Assembly: GCA_964016885.1 (NCBI GenBank)
Contig: CAXHJY010000112.1
Span: forward strand, 42,420-106,419
DNA length: 64,000 bases
Source of the DNA: Eledone cirrhosa
Taxonomy: Eukaryota
Direction: 5' to 3'
Below are positions 26,386-39,812 of this stretch, one piece after another. Numbering within the stretch: the first letter of the stretch is position 1; each line of letters begins with the position of its first letter. A program made the position numbers and the translations under genes. The notes beneath the pieces are model-generated. The model was not told where the DNA came from. It was given only the letters and a program-made list of their open reading frames with translations, and ran no database searches.

Positions 26386-27096
26386 ACTCTGGAACAAATA
26401 AAGAGAAAGAGCAAAAGTTACAAAAGAGGGAAACTATGAAGAAATAAAAAAAGAAAAGTAAAATGACGGAGAAAATGCAGAAAGGTGAAAAAGAAAGAGA
26501 CAAAGATGAAAAAGGAGGAAAAAGTTGAAGAAAGAAAAAAGAAGAAAGGGAAGAGATGAGGAAATTGTTTTTATACAATAAAATTCAATTCAGGCAAAAA
26601 TGAAGAAAAGCTGCCATTTCCATAATAGGAAATTGATTGATTAAACATATTTTGGCAAGTTAAGTTGATGGCCCAAAGTGATGGAGGTTTCAGAATAAAT
26701 ATAAACTGATGTATGTTTTCTTGTAATACAATAAAAGTACATACGTAACAGAATTATCTTTCAACATAGAGATGGTGGGGAACAAAAATAAAAACAAATT
26801 AGAAGAACAGAAATCTAGAGATGATAGAAATTTGAAGAGAAACAATATTTCTTACTTCAAATATTTCACATCTAAATCTATAATAATGGCATAAGTTGGC
26901 TTGGTCATAACTGACCTTGGGCTAAATAACATTGAAAGTAAATGAAACAAATTGTATCATGGAAGGCTCTAGGTGGTTACTGAAGTAACAGCTAAATTAA
27001 TTCTCATTATTTTGTAAAAGAGAATACAATGAGCAGTGAAATTCTATAGATATGCTATATATGAAAATAAGACAGGATTGTCATGGCTGGAATGCC

Positions 27097-27325
27097 TTTA
27101 CCATTTAGCACTTATATTATTCTATATTTACTATTATATTTTTGCAGTAAAGGCTTTATCTCACATAATTATTTCACATAATATCGAATCTATGAGATTT
27201 TGATATTATTTATTTCGAGAACAATACCTTAACATAAGTATGAACATCTGGTTATGGCCAGTTTGAACAGAAAGAGGTGAGAGAATTCTGGCCGGATAAA
27301 GCTAGCTTAAATATTAAAGGGTTAA
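27097..27325 (+). mobile_element. piggyBac-type MITE, diverged TIRs
   Basis: Body aligns with 5353-5567 and ends taaatattaaaggg-TTAA. Confidence 0.8.
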
Positions 27326-27796
27326 TCATAAATATGTTCAACCAGGACTTGGCTGAGGCTAAACAACATGAGTGTTCTACTCTGGGGATCATAACATTGC
27401 TGCTTGACCCGAGAGGAAAGAGCCATCATATTTCTCTCAAATCATACTTTACCATCTATTTCTTAAAAAGGGAGGGATATATTGGATAATGTTGTTGGAT
27501 ATAAACTATGTTTTATGAAAGATGGGGTAGTTACTACTAGAATGCCTTTCATCACAGATCTGCTCAATCAAGGTTGCCAAGGAGCTAAACAACAACGATA
27601 TCAGTCTAATGATGGTGAATACTACTTGGTCACTCAATAAAGTTAAAGGTTTAAATCTGCTCTAAACTCAGATGCTTATAAGGTCAGAGCTTATCCTAGT
27701 TTTATTGGCTTTAAACATTAGTGCTTTGGAGACCTTAGATTATATTAAAATTGAGGATGATCATATGTTTATATGTTTAATATATATGTATATATA

Positions 27797-28485
27797 TGAA
27801 TGAAAAAATGTTGTGCTGCGTTGTTGCGAATATGAACATATGAATAAAAATAGACCGAGAAACAGGAAAAAGTCCGTCATCAGTAGCCTGCTGATTATCA
27901 TTGGTATTTCTTCGTATTAAAGACTAGATACCTAAAATCAGTGTGAGTGATAACTCAATTAAGTTATCGGGACAGAGGAAAGTGAACAAACAACATAGTA
28001 GTAACGCAACATAAAGAGAGGAAAAGAGAGACAAGTCAATGAATTTTGTGGGCTTAAGTCCAACAAATCAAATGACGAGAAGAAAATAGACACGTTCGAG
28101 CCACTGAAAAAGTGAGAGAGGAAAGAATTAACGCAGGTCAGACGGGAGGAAGTGAGAGAGGAGGAGTAGCAGAGAGTGAGTGAGTGAAAGTGTGAGGAAG
28201 GGGCCAGCTGAGAGTGTGTGACCAGCAGTGGGGATGGAGGAAAGCAAGAGATAAGGGGGAGAGAGAAAGAGGAAAGCAGTAAGGTAACAGAAAAAATACG
28301 AACCACAGCGAAGGGAAAATATATGTGAATGAAAAAATGGCGTGCTGCGTTGTTGTGAATATGAACATATGAATAAAAATAGACCGAGAAACAGGAAACA
28401 GTCCGTCATCAGTAGTCTGCTGATTCTCATTGGTATTTCTTCGTATTAAAGACTAGATACCTAAAATCAGTGCGAGCGATAACTC

Positions 28486-28490
<5 letters not shown>
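27797..28490. mobile_element. Non-coding element with 165-bp terminal direct repeats, between (TA)n tracts
   Basis: 27797-27961 and 28326-28490 are near-identical direct repeats (offset 529). No TG...CA ends. Confidence 0.75.
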
Positions 28491-28539
<49 letters not shown>

Positions 28540-29018
28540 ACATATTTATATAGATGGCAACAGATACAGTGAGAAATGGACAGAAATATGGGAACAGGTA
28601 AATAAGGGACACGATTGGTACATAGACTAATACAAAGGTATTAACATGAACAAGATAAATAACTCTGTGGTCATCAGCTGTTGAAATAGATTTAAACAGT
28701 TTCAACCCCAATTGATAACACTGCTAATCCATTTGGTGTCATAGTGTCTAACAAGATAGTTCAACACTGTACTGACCTTCTACATCAGGGAATGACCTTT
28801 TAACACCAGTTGGAAGTATCTTATTCAAATTAATATAGGCACAAACATTGGCTGTGCAACTAAAAGAATTATCAGTTTTGTGATTCCAAGTACAATCACT
28901 CTACATGGCACCTTAGGCAAATGTCTTCTACTATAACTTTAAGTTAACCAGTGCCATGTGAGTGAAATTTGATAAATGGAAACTGCAACAAACAACGGAA
29001 TGTGTGTGTATATGTATG

Positions 29019-29085
<67 letters not shown>

Positions 29086-29250
29086 TGTATATATATATAT
29101 ATATAAATTTATTATCAGTACAAATTAGAGTTTAAGCAAAGAATTTCTGCTTTCACAACAGGATCTTCTGAAACTGAGGAAGATCTATCTGCAGACACAG
29201 AAGTAAATATATATATGTAAGTTTGTTTTGAAACAGTGAACGAGTTTCAA

Positions 29251-29389
29251 AATAGAAATAGGAGCTTTTGCCATATTTTTGACTAAAGAAATTTCAGCCT
29301 ATAGTGTGATTTAGAACCCTCTAAGAAATGGAAAAATGATGAACGGCATTTCTTTAGTCAAAAATACGGCAAAACCTCCTATTTACATT
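29251..29389. mobile_element. Small inverted-repeat (MITE-like) element with ~37-40 bp arms
   Basis: aaataggagcttttgccatatttttgactaaagaaat / atttctttagtcaaaaatacggcaaaacctcctattt. Confidence 0.7.
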
Positions 29390-29752
29390 ATATATATAGA
29401 TAGATAGATAGATATGTTTCTTTATTAGCCACAGGGGCGCAAAAGAAGGAGACAAATACAAAGGAGGAAGTTTACATACAATAAAAACGTGTAAAATATT
29501 ATCACAATAGATAGATAGATATGTATATTGGTGTAAATCATTGCAAATAAATGCTTTGTGCTAATACTTGCTAAGAAAGGATAACTTTCAAAAGTGATGT
29601 AAGTTGATATGTGAACTCATTCAATAATTAGCAATTGATAAAATGATTATCTGGCTAAGTACTGGGTGCAATATAATTGAGTAAAATCCTTGAAGATGGT
29701 GTGCCAGCATGGCTACAGTCCAATAACTGAAACCAGCAATAGAACAAAACAT

Positions 29753-29783
<31 letters not shown>

Positions 29784-29784
29784 T

Positions 29785-29792
<8 letters not shown>

Positions 29793-29856
<64 letters not shown>
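29793..29856. repeat. (CA)n microsatellite
   Basis: Pure CA run of about 32 units following a (TA)n tract. Confidence 0.95.
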
Positions 29857-29858
<2 letters not shown>

Positions 29859-30297
29859 TGTACATATATATGAACATGTGCATACATAAATTTTAACAAG
29901 ATTGTGGGTGTGTATGCTGGTTAAAATTATATATATATATATAGCATCATTATCACCATCATTTAATGTTTGTTTTCCCTGCCAACAAGGGTTGGACTGG
30001 TTATCACAGACTAAGTCAGTATATAATTGATGCTAGTGACCTCTTGATTAGACCCATTGCTATATCGCACTTTAATATGTTCTTGTACTCTAGAGAGAAA
30101 GTACTGGGTGCAGGGTAAAGTTCACTGGCTTGATAACAATGATGTCATTGTCATCAGTTACCTAGCCTTAGCTTCTGCTGGAACCTGTTAGATGGTGCTA
30201 CACCATTAGTTTCCAAATTCATAACTCAAGGCATTCAAAATGTTTATTTATAAACATGCCATATATCACTAGATATACAAAACACATACTTCATACA

Positions 30298-30342
<45 letters not shown>

Positions 30343-30623
30343 GGAATGGCATGTTTATGTGCAGAGGCTACAAAATAGCTTATAAAATAGGGTGAAGACA
30401 CTTAAAGATAGAAAACAAAGTTGCCATCGACCACTATGAGGAATCAAACCCCATATTTCCCAGATACCAGCAAGGCGCTTAAAACCATTAAGCTAAAGAA
30501 CTGTGATAACTCTTATCTTAAATTAGATAGCTGAATCACAGTTTTCAAATGTCAATAAACATCATGTATATGAAGCTGATATCTGACATTTATGAAGTGC
30601 TGAAGGAATAAAATTAATATAAA

Positions 30624-30900
30624 GAATCCCTTCAGTCAAGAATGGCCATGGGTTTTGTACCTAAAAAGTTCCCCTCCAAGGCACAAGGCTAGGTAAGTTT
30701 TTTGTGGAAGACAAGCAGTTGCCCATGCATACTTGTCTCCCTTCTCCATGCCACCAATGTTGTCGAATTGAAAAGCAAACGCTGATACAACTTGGCACCA
30801 GTAACATCACCAGTAACATTCTACAGCTGAGTGAAAGGGAGCAACATGAAATGAGGTGTCTTGCTGAAGAACACAATGCATTGTCCAGTTTGAGAATTAA
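30624..30900 (-). mobile_element. SINE with S2-type core, head truncated
   Basis: cagctgagtgaaagggagcaacatgaaatgaggtgtcttgctgaagaacacaa is the reverse of the S2 core. Confidence 0.7.
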
Positions 30901-30904
30901 ATAG

Positions 30905-30962
30905 GATCTGTCCCACTCTTGCAAGCAGGAAAAAGTGGATGTAAAATGATGATGATGATGAT
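30905..30962 (+). mobile_element. RTE-B extreme 3' tail
   Basis: ctgtcccactcttgcaagcagg...gtaaaatgatgatg matches 22232-22281. Confidence 0.75.
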
Positions 30963-31036
30963 ATATCCATGTTAGTGTGGAAGTTAAATGGTAATGATGA
31001 TATATATAATGGTGATGATTATATATCTATCTATCT

Positions 31037-31219
31037 GGATTGGCAGTATCGGTAGAGGGTCGGACGCCATGCTTTCCAGCATAGTTACGTCCCTTTACGA
31101 TCTGAGTTCAAATCCCGCCGAGGTTGACTTTGCCTTTCATCCTTATGGGGTCGATAAAATAAAGTACCAGTAATGCACTGGATAATTGCTGGCCTTGTGC
31201 CTAAAGTAGAAACAATTAT
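31037..31219 (+). mobile_element. Full-length SINE S1 (tRNA-derived head plus gcctttcatcc...ggtcgataaaat core)
   Basis: A-box-like tggcagtatcgg and B box gagttcaaatcc. At least ten related copies lie in the window. Confidence 0.88.
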
Positions 31220-32295
31220 ATATCTATATATATGTAGATAAGTCTACCAAATTATATGGTAGTGTTCAATCCGTATGAAGAACTCAATGTAATCCAAATA
31301 TAGAAGATATCATGAAAAGAGAAGATACATTCAAAAATTTACGATAAAAATCATAGGAGAACAGAGTCAGCATTTCTGAGGATGGCATGTATATGTGAAG
31401 GTATGTATATTTCCTCTGATAATTTGTAATATTTTTACATAGATCTATATGATATACATACCAACACACATATACATCCCAGAAACGATCGTAAAATGAT
31501 GAATTTTTTAATATAAGGAACTTGTTCTTTGTGTTTATTTCATTGTTTTTATTAATATATATATCTATATATCTATATATCTATATCTATCTATATCTAT
31601 ATCTATATATCTATCTATATCAATATATCTATCTATATCTATATCTATATCAATATATATCTATATATCTATATATATATATATATGTATATATCTATAT
31701 GTATATATCTAGATATATATATATATATATGTATATATCTATATGTATATATCTAGATATATATATATATATATATTTTTTAAATAGGACTCTTAGAGCC
31801 AATATCAAGTGTTATTAAAGACATGCAACTCTATATACACACATTTCACCAAATTCTGTTCCTTTTATCCTGTTAAATGTCAGGAATATTTAAAGTATAG
31901 AATCCTTTTACCTCTTACTGTTTTTTCTCTTTGTCTATTGCAAACTTTTTCTCTTACACTTTATATATCTATTGATCTATAATTTTACTATCTATCTATC
32001 ATCTATATATCTGCATTTCTTTTACTCTTTCCTTCTCCATGTCTTTATCTTTATATTCATATATTTATCACTTACTCTATTTTTCTATCAATTTTTATTT
32101 AAATATAGTGCTATTCTTTTACATATCTAACTCACTGTCTATCTATTTATCTATCTGTTTATTGACTGATCGATTAATCTCTGTCTGTTTGTCTATTTGT
32201 CTAGCAAGTTTCCCTACTAGCTTTTTCATGTGTGGGTGGTTTACCTATTTATAAGTTGAGTTTTCATCAAACTTGATGTATAAAAAAAAAAAAAA

Positions 32296-32401
32296 ATGTC
32301 TCCCTCATACACAGACACTTTCAATATTGTTTGTGTGTGTATATATATATATATATATACACACAAACAATATTGAAAATGTCTGTGTATGAGGGAGACA
32401 T
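32296..32401. repeat. Near-perfect 106-bp fold-back palindrome centred on (TA)n
   Basis: atgtctccctcatacacagacactttcaatattgtttgtgtgt-(TA)n-acacaaacaatattgaaaatgtctgtgtatgagggagacat, with one mismatch in the unique arm. Confidence 0.95.
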
Positions 32402-32417
32402 ATATATATATATATAT

Positions 32418-32772
32418 AGTATTAAGGATACTATTTATGGTTATGTATGTAATAAAACCTTTTATGGTTATATATTTTTTATACAAACCCTAAATAGTGA
32501 AAGATAGTCATTAATTACTATCTTATTACCAGTAAGATAAATAGCTCAATGCAATAACATCGGTTGTTTTACAGAGCAGTTATCTTGTCAATTTGATGGA
32601 TGTCATCCCACTGTTGATCAATATGTGCATATGTTTTTATATGTCTCTTGTGTTGAAAAGGAGGTCAGGTATGTTATAGATCACTAAATAGTTGCTCCGA
32701 AGAATCCAAACCTCGGTTTGGAGGAAACAATTGTAAGCAAATAAATGATTTAAACTGAACTTTGATTATTGT
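32418..32772 (-). mobile_element. Short PLE 3'-end insertion with an inverted 5' segment (32586-32772)
   Basis: 32418-32585 matches 44401-44563 in the same orientation. 32586-32772 matches 44570-44765 in the opposite orientation. Confidence 0.8.
32692..32740 (+). ncRNA. Minimal type I hammerhead, CCGAAGA variant
   Basis: ttgct CCGAAGA a tccaaac ctcg gtttgga g GAAA caattg TA agcaa. Confidence 0.78.
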
Positions 32773-33164
32773 AATCTCTCTCTCTCTATATATATATTTC
32801 TACATATACATGATATACATGCACACAGAATTAATTTTTAAGTGGTTTCACATAAAAGGAAGGAGTACTCAGTATGCTGTGTAGTGTAAATATATTTATT
32901 ATAGTATATTGAATAAGTGAAACTACATGTCCATGACCTAAAGTTTTATGCTGAATAGAACATTATTTTGACATGTGGTTTGAAGAAAAAAATTACTTTT
33001 ACTCAAAATTAATCCATTTTTGGAGAATCTTCTATTTGACATAAAACCTAAAGTCAGGTAAAAGTATACACATTGAGGCCTTATTAAACCTGACTCGTAA
33101 AGTTGTATAGCAGATAAACCAGAGGGAATTCTTAACGTCCTGTACTACATAAAGATGCATTATT

Positions 33165-33300
33165 AGCAAAGCATCGGACAACATGCTTAGCAGTATAGAG
33201 TTATGGCCCTTTACGTTCTGATTTCAAATCCTGCCGAGGTTAGTTTTGCCTTTCATCCTTATGGGGTTGATAGAATAAAGCATCTGTAATGCACTGGGGT
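33165..33300 (+). mobile_element. SINE S1, diverged
   Basis: tcaaatcctgccgaggttagttttgcctttcatccttatggggttgatag. Confidence 0.7.
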
Positions 33301-33759
33301 ATTTTCATCATTTAATGTCCGATTTCCCTATGAACAATGGTTAGACAGGTTATCAGCAGGTCAGATTGATACTCAAAGCAGAGGTACTAACTCCATGTTG
33401 GGCTTGGAACCTGTATCTTCATTGTGTGTGTGAGAGTTAAATGTAGGTGTGTTGGTTGTGTGCGTGTGTGTGTGCATAGTATCATCATTATCATCACCGT
33501 TTAAGGTTTATTTTTCCATGCTTGCATGGGTTAGACAGGTCACCCTTGTTATGAGACAAGTCTGGCCAGTTGGCCATGCCGTACCTTGCTCAGATGGAAC
33601 TGTAATTTAGCTGGGATTTTTACAGCTGGATGCCTTGTGTATAAAAATAGAATGTGTTTGTTGCTCTCCTCAAAAATTCAATGGAGTGTGTAGTGGATTT
33701 TAACTCAAAATATATCAGCAAAAGTTAAAGTAGAAATGAGAAACCAAATGGATTTATTA

Positions 33760-34014
33760 AGGTGGTCATGTAGGTGTCACAACAAAAAGCACCCAGCCGA
33801 CACTGTAAATGTAGTAGTCATGAAAAGAAAAATCACCCAGCACACACTGTAAATGTAGTTGGCATTAGGAAGGGCATTCAGCTGTAGAAACCTAGCCAGA
33901 AACAGTTCTATATGATTGAGACATTGTCACCTAATCCAACTTGCCTCTAATGGGACAACCCGTTTAACCCATGCTAGTGTGGAAAATGGACATTAAACAG
34001 TGATGATGATGATG
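33760..34014 (+). mobile_element. RTE-A UTR / SINE tail fragment
   Basis: cacactgtaaatgt units, ttaggaagggcattcagctgtagaaa and a (gat)n tail. Confidence 0.75.
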
Positions 34015-36433
34015 TCTGCTGATGAGTAATGTGTTCAAATTCATAGCAAGTATTTTGGTATATTTCTAGTCAAAACCATGTAGTCATTATTGAATCAACA
34101 TACCTAACTTTGGGGAATAGGTATCAAAATATCTGGAAATTTTTAGTGTCAGACTGGAGTTGAACAAGCATCACATTTAACATTTTATGATTATTTAATC
34201 TTCCAAGGGGTCAATTTAATCAATTGTACTCAAGTGACCTGTTAAAACTGGCCTTGCATCTATTCAAAAGAGACTGATAAATTGATTAGTATCAGTTTAT
34301 TGATAAGTTCATTTGGATAGAAACCAATATCATAATGAATATTGAGCTGCATTCAGAAAAAGCTATATATCAATAATTAAAAAATAAAATATTGCCCATT
34401 AATATCAACCAGATTCAACCAGATTATAAGAGAGAGGGAGAGAGGGAGAGAGAGGGGGGGGGGATATGTGTGTGTGAGTGTGTCAGTGTTATAGAGAGAT
34501 TGGTATAGGATTTGTGAGAGATGACTGATGACTGATTAGCAACAATACAATTGTATCAGAAATGATAATACACCCAAAAATGTCTTGGCTAACGAAAACT
34601 GATAACAATAATTATAACATTGATTTCTTAAATAGACACAAGAATTGACATTTGGGGGAGTAGTGTAGGTCTATCATCGATGAAATTGAATCCAGTACTT
34701 GACTGGTACAAATTTTATTGACCCTCAGAAGAATGAAAGCAAGCTAGCTTCAATGGGATTTGAAACTAGAATGTAAAGAGCCACACCTAAATACCACAAG
34801 ACATTTTGTCTAAGGCACTAATGATGTTGCCAATTTACCAAGCCAGTATAATTAATAATAATGATATTAATAAAGTTGTTTTTTTAAATTCCTTATACTC
34901 TGAAGAAGGGAATTTTAAGTCCTGAAATATTAGGACAAACGAAGCAACAGCAACAAAAACAAATATTACCAGGTAACTATATTTTTTGTTACTTTCATCT
35001 TACAGTCCATTTTGCATTGTTTAATCTTATATCATATTCCACATTATATAATGTATTATATACAATGCTTCAAGCAAACTACATTTTGTTATGATATTAA
35101 TGTTTTCTAATTTATGCACAAGGTCAGTAATTTGGGGGAGAGGAAAGTTGATCATATCAACCCCAGTACTTGATTGCTGCTTTATTTTATTGATCACAGA
35201 AGGATGAAAGGCACAGTTGCCCTTGGTGGAAATTAAACTTAGAACCTAGGGAGTTGTAACTAAATGATGCAAAAGACTTTGTCCTATGCTCTAAGGAATC
35301 TATCAATCCATCACCCTAATAATAGTAATCTCTTCACTTTATGTCATCAAGGTCCACCCATTCAATACAATGACTTATTACAAAAATAGGGAATGTATGG
35401 GAATGTACTAACAAAGTTACATAAATATTAACGATAGGGGAAAATGGCATACAATGTATTAAGACACTAAACATTGATAATACAATTAAAAATATATTAC
35501 ACAAAATAATATATAAATAAACAAAGAAAGGGTTGAGAACCCTTTTCAATGGTGTCAAAGCCCACAACATCCAGTCTGTTGGTGCCACAATAGAAAGCAC
35601 CCTGTACACTCTGTAAAGGGGTCGATGATATGAAGAGCTTACAGCTGTAGAAACTATGCCAAAACTGGAATATATCTAAGAAAGATGTGGCCCCTGATCC
35701 ATCTTGAAAGACAGTAACTCTGATTAAGTATTGACTTGGTCTGCGGCAAACTGTCTAACCCATGGCAGCATAGAAAAATGGATTTTAAATAATGACGATG
35801 ATGATATATAAATAAATATGGTCAACCCATTCAAATATGTATGAGGAGCCATCACCTAGATTGGTTGACACTAAAACTGAATATGGTGAAAGACTGGAGA
35901 CTAGGGTTAGGCAATAGAACAAAGACAATAAATGGTAGCCATGAGAAAATGCACCTACCCATGGAATTTGTGAAGTATTTGTAACACAATAAAGGGTAGC
36001 CCAATCTGTAAAATGGTCATGCTGATGTTATTACTTTCTGCCATCAAAAATTTTATTGTTATTTTCTCTGCATTTCCAGGTAGATTCTATGGTTTTTACA
36101 TGTCATTAAGGCCTAGATGCCTATGCACAGATCTCTACCTGACCACATGAAATTTTTTATATCTCAATGCTCACCACCTACCTATGCTGTTCCACGACTG
36201 TGCCAAGAAGACAAGGATCAACATCACTACCAATGATTTTCACAATGACTCACGTTCTTTTTGCCCCATATAATAGAGTTCTAGTTTATGAACACATGGT
36301 GAAGCATCAGCTCTGTCTGTTTTCTTACCTCATCTTAAATTTTGAAGATCAAGTACAAACTAACATATACCCTCCCACAGTCAATAGAAACTACATTGTT
36401 GCACACATTGGCTGGGCCTTTTTTAATAACTCC

Positions 36434-38280
36434 TGAAAGCCAAATGAAATTTCTGTTTTCTTGTGGGATAGAGGCATGTCACACCATCAAAGGATTGGAG
36501 AACTATTTTGTACTCTTCTAATATGTTCCTGGGCAATGTGAACATGATAAAGATATTTTTCAGGGAGGCTTCGTTTCTCCCTAGTTCTTTGTCATAGTTA
36601 TTATCTGAATATCATAGGTACTGAAGAAGGTGGGGATGGAGTATAAAAGTTGGGGAAATATGCTTTAAGCCCATCTTTAAGTATTTGTTGTTTATGGATG
36701 GTTTGAAACGGTTTGCAAAGTCTGAAAAGTAATTCAAGTCACTAGTAAAGACAATCCAAAGGTGCAGCCAAGGATTTTACTTCACAAAACATGCAGTTGC
36801 CAACATGAAAAGGAGTGAAAAAGCCCCTTGTAATTAGCATCAAATTACCATCTGGTGAATGATTGAATGAGACAAGCAAGGGCAGGAGCAAATATCCAGG
36901 AATCCTAGAGATTGATGAGACATTGTAGTGAACAGAATTAAATGTATTTTCCTTTGGCGGAAGAATGGTGTCACAGAGGTAAATTGGCTGAAGTGGAGCC
37001 AATCAAGGCCCTCAGCAGATCGAGACAAGTTGCTGGACTACTTGGACCAGGTACAGTTGGCTGACAGGGCAGATAGACACAGTTCACTGAACGACCTGGT
37101 AGCATCAAGACGTCCGACATTTGATATGCCACATTCTTTCACATCTCCACTGGAATATGCAGCCAACAAGATGTGAAGACTTGCTCAACCTTTTCTTGTT
37201 ATTTCGATTCCATATTTGTCAACAAATAAAAGGGAATTTTTATTATAATGGATTATGACGTTTTCGTCATTGCCTTCTGAATCGATAACTATATTAATAT
37301 CTCCAGCGACACGTAATCCACGTTATAACATTTCATTGAACAAGGAAAAACAGTTGAAAAAAAAACATCTACACAGGCAAAAACCTCTCCTTAATGCATG
37401 CAAGAAACTTGATTCTTGCTGTAAACACCTGGGTTATATCTATGATAAGGTACAGTGCTGAAATCCTAAAGTGGAATATGGTTGAAGTTAATGAGACAGA
37501 TCATAGAACAAGAAATATGATGCTCATGCATATTGCCTTATATACAAAATCAAGTGTAAATTGGCAGTACATGAAATACATAGTTAAATGATAAGGGCTG
37601 CTAAGTGTTTAGAAATGTATCAAGAATAAGTGGTGAGCCATTAACTGTTACATAATAAACAGGGATGAAGCGTTGTTATAGTTTACTTCAGTAGTAATTA
37701 GTCTAGAACAGGGAAATATCAGAAATAAAGAAGAGTTTAAGAGGAGAGTTTCTCTGGAGAAAAGAGAAGTAGTAGTTAAAAAGATATTGAATAGCCAATT
37801 GGAACAATAAACATTTAAATTAAAGTCTGAAAGAAGACATGACAAGGTCTATCTGTACTTTCACTGGTTAATGTGTAAAAAATATAGATATCAGGTGTCT
37901 AATAAGTGGTACCAGCATATCCCAGAAAGTGTCATACCCAAGGTATTCTGGGATTTCCCTATCCAAATAGACCACAGGCTTGATCACAACAGATCAGATA
38001 CTGTAGTTAAGCTCAGAAATAAGTATGAATGCCAGATTATTGTTGTTATCATCTCAGGAACCGACTTGAAGATTGAAATTGCACAAGTGAGTTCAATATC
38101 ATCTTACAACTTCTATACAATTCCAGTTGTCATTGAAGCATTGTGGCCTATACCACTAAAACCAAGCAAATAGACTTTGAATCACAAATTGCCCTCCTAT
38201 AAAAGATTGAGTGGTTGAGTACTTCAAATACACACAGGAAATCACTGTCTGTCTAAGGTGCTTGTTGAGACTTGACAGGT
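36434..38280 (+). pseudogene. Decayed R4/Dong-clade (RLE) non-LTR retrotransposon, interrupted at 36924-37330
   Basis: Collinear remnants: IFQG..SP (RT motif), LLFMDGLKRFAKSE (YMDD region), KYPGILE, AVNTWVISMIRYS, KWYQHIPESV, VFWDFPIQIDHRLDHNRSD (NRPD motif) and IPVVIEAL. Confidence 0.8.
36924..37330 (+). mobile_element. Probable solo LTR (~407 bp)
   Basis: TGT...ACA termini with imperfect terminal IR (tgtagtgaac / gttataaca) and AATAAA ~105 bp from the end. It interrupts the R4-like coding remnant. No clean TSD found. Confidence 0.5.
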
Positions 38281-38332
38281 AGTAGAAGATCCAGTAATTA
38301 TCATATTTACTGCACAAACTAATTATAATGAT

Positions 38333-38652
38333 AATGGTTTCTCATTTAGGCTCAAGGGCAACAATTTGGGGAAGGGGAAAGTTAATTAAATCGACCCCAG
38401 TGCGTTAATGGTACTTTATTTTATTGACCCCGTAAGGATGAAAGGCAAAGTCAACCTCGGCGAGATTTGAAGTCAGAACGTAAAGGACCAATAATAATAA
38501 TAGTAATAACTGTTTCTACTTTAGGCACAAGGCCAACAATTTTTGGGAGGGGAAAATATTGATTAAATCGACCCCAGTGCATCACTGGTGCTTTATTTTA
38601 TCGACCTTGTAAGGATGGAAGGCAAAGCTAACCTCGACGGGATTTGAACTCA
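38333..38652 (-). mobile_element. Two tandem SINE S1 copies in (AAT)n
   Basis: Two reverse-strand S1 bodies (38333-38490 and 38507-38652) separated and flanked by (AAT)n. Confidence 0.85.
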
Positions 38653-39423
38653 ATAATAATAATAAAAATAATTGTTGTAAATATGATTTTATATGTGATG
38701 TACATATGTATAAAGCAAATGATATACTTGTAACTGTATGAAGTGTGTGGTGGGAACAAACTGGTGTGTATATTTTTGTGACTAATCAATGTAAGCAGAG
38801 TTTCTTTGCCCTCGGTGTCGTGAATACACTCGGCAAGAAATTGAAATGAAATTGAAGGAAAAGTAAAAACACAAATAATATATTTTCATGTTTTTTTCTT
38901 TTAATAATTTTTTTCTTTCAAAAACGACAAGAAAATTAGCAGCCACTAATAATTTACAAGTTATTGAAAGTGCATATGTATTTACACTGGAAGATTAATA
39001 ATCAAATAGTGTATGACCTAAAGACAACTAGGTTAAGTACTTAATAGAATTGTAATTCGATAAAAAGACAGAAAGGTAATTACAAATTTTTAATAAAGGA
39101 AGTGTGAATGTGGTTGGCTTATTTGTGTGCATTAATATATAAATGCGTGAATTCATGTGTGTGTGTATATATATATGCATGCAAATAATTACATACACAT
39201 ATGTATGAAAATATTTACATTCCCGTACACATATATACAGAAACATATACACACACACATCCATGTATATGTGTGCATAGGTTTGCACATATGATTAGTT
39301 AGCTAAATAATTCACTCATAAGTTCTATTCCATTCTATTCATAATCAGTATTACTATTATCCTTCAATTCTCTCTCAGTATATACACCTGATAATATTTA
39401 AGTCTAGCCAACAAGTGTGAATA

Positions 39424-39468
39424 TGCTTTGCTGATGAGCTCTAATAAGATGGAAACATGTCTGTTGCA
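39424..39468 (+). ncRNA. Degenerate minimal hammerhead
   Basis: CTGATGA gc tct aata aga tg GAAA catg TC. Stem III is palindromic and stem I is poor. Confidence 0.45.
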
Positions 39469-39812
39469 TTCACCAGTTAATTTTATAAGCAAGCTCTATT
39501 CATGAGTGCATTATATTGTAATTTCCCACCAAATTTGGATTAATTGATTATTGTAGTTGTCACCTTTGTTTTATTCAAAATTTAAATACACCTAGTGGGA
39601 GGTTTTGTCTTTTGATAGACCATTATGACTATTATATGACAGTTTCTCATTTCAATTATTTTTTTTATTCCAGCTTTTTATATTCAGTTATCTTCTTTTA
39701 CAAACATATATTCAACTGAGGAAATATTGAAACCAATATGCCCATCATATCATCTGTAACATCAAAACAATCTTATGATAAGACATTTGATGTATACATA
39801 TATTCATATATA

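Noticed and set aside
30437-30497. tRNA-like sequence on the minus strand (and other tRNA-like heads)
   Set aside because: A/B-box remnants without a complete cloverleaf. These are SINE heads, not tRNA genes.
34899-34934. CTGAAGA...GAAA hammerhead-like motif
   Set aside because: Stems I and III are too degraded to call. At most a fossil.
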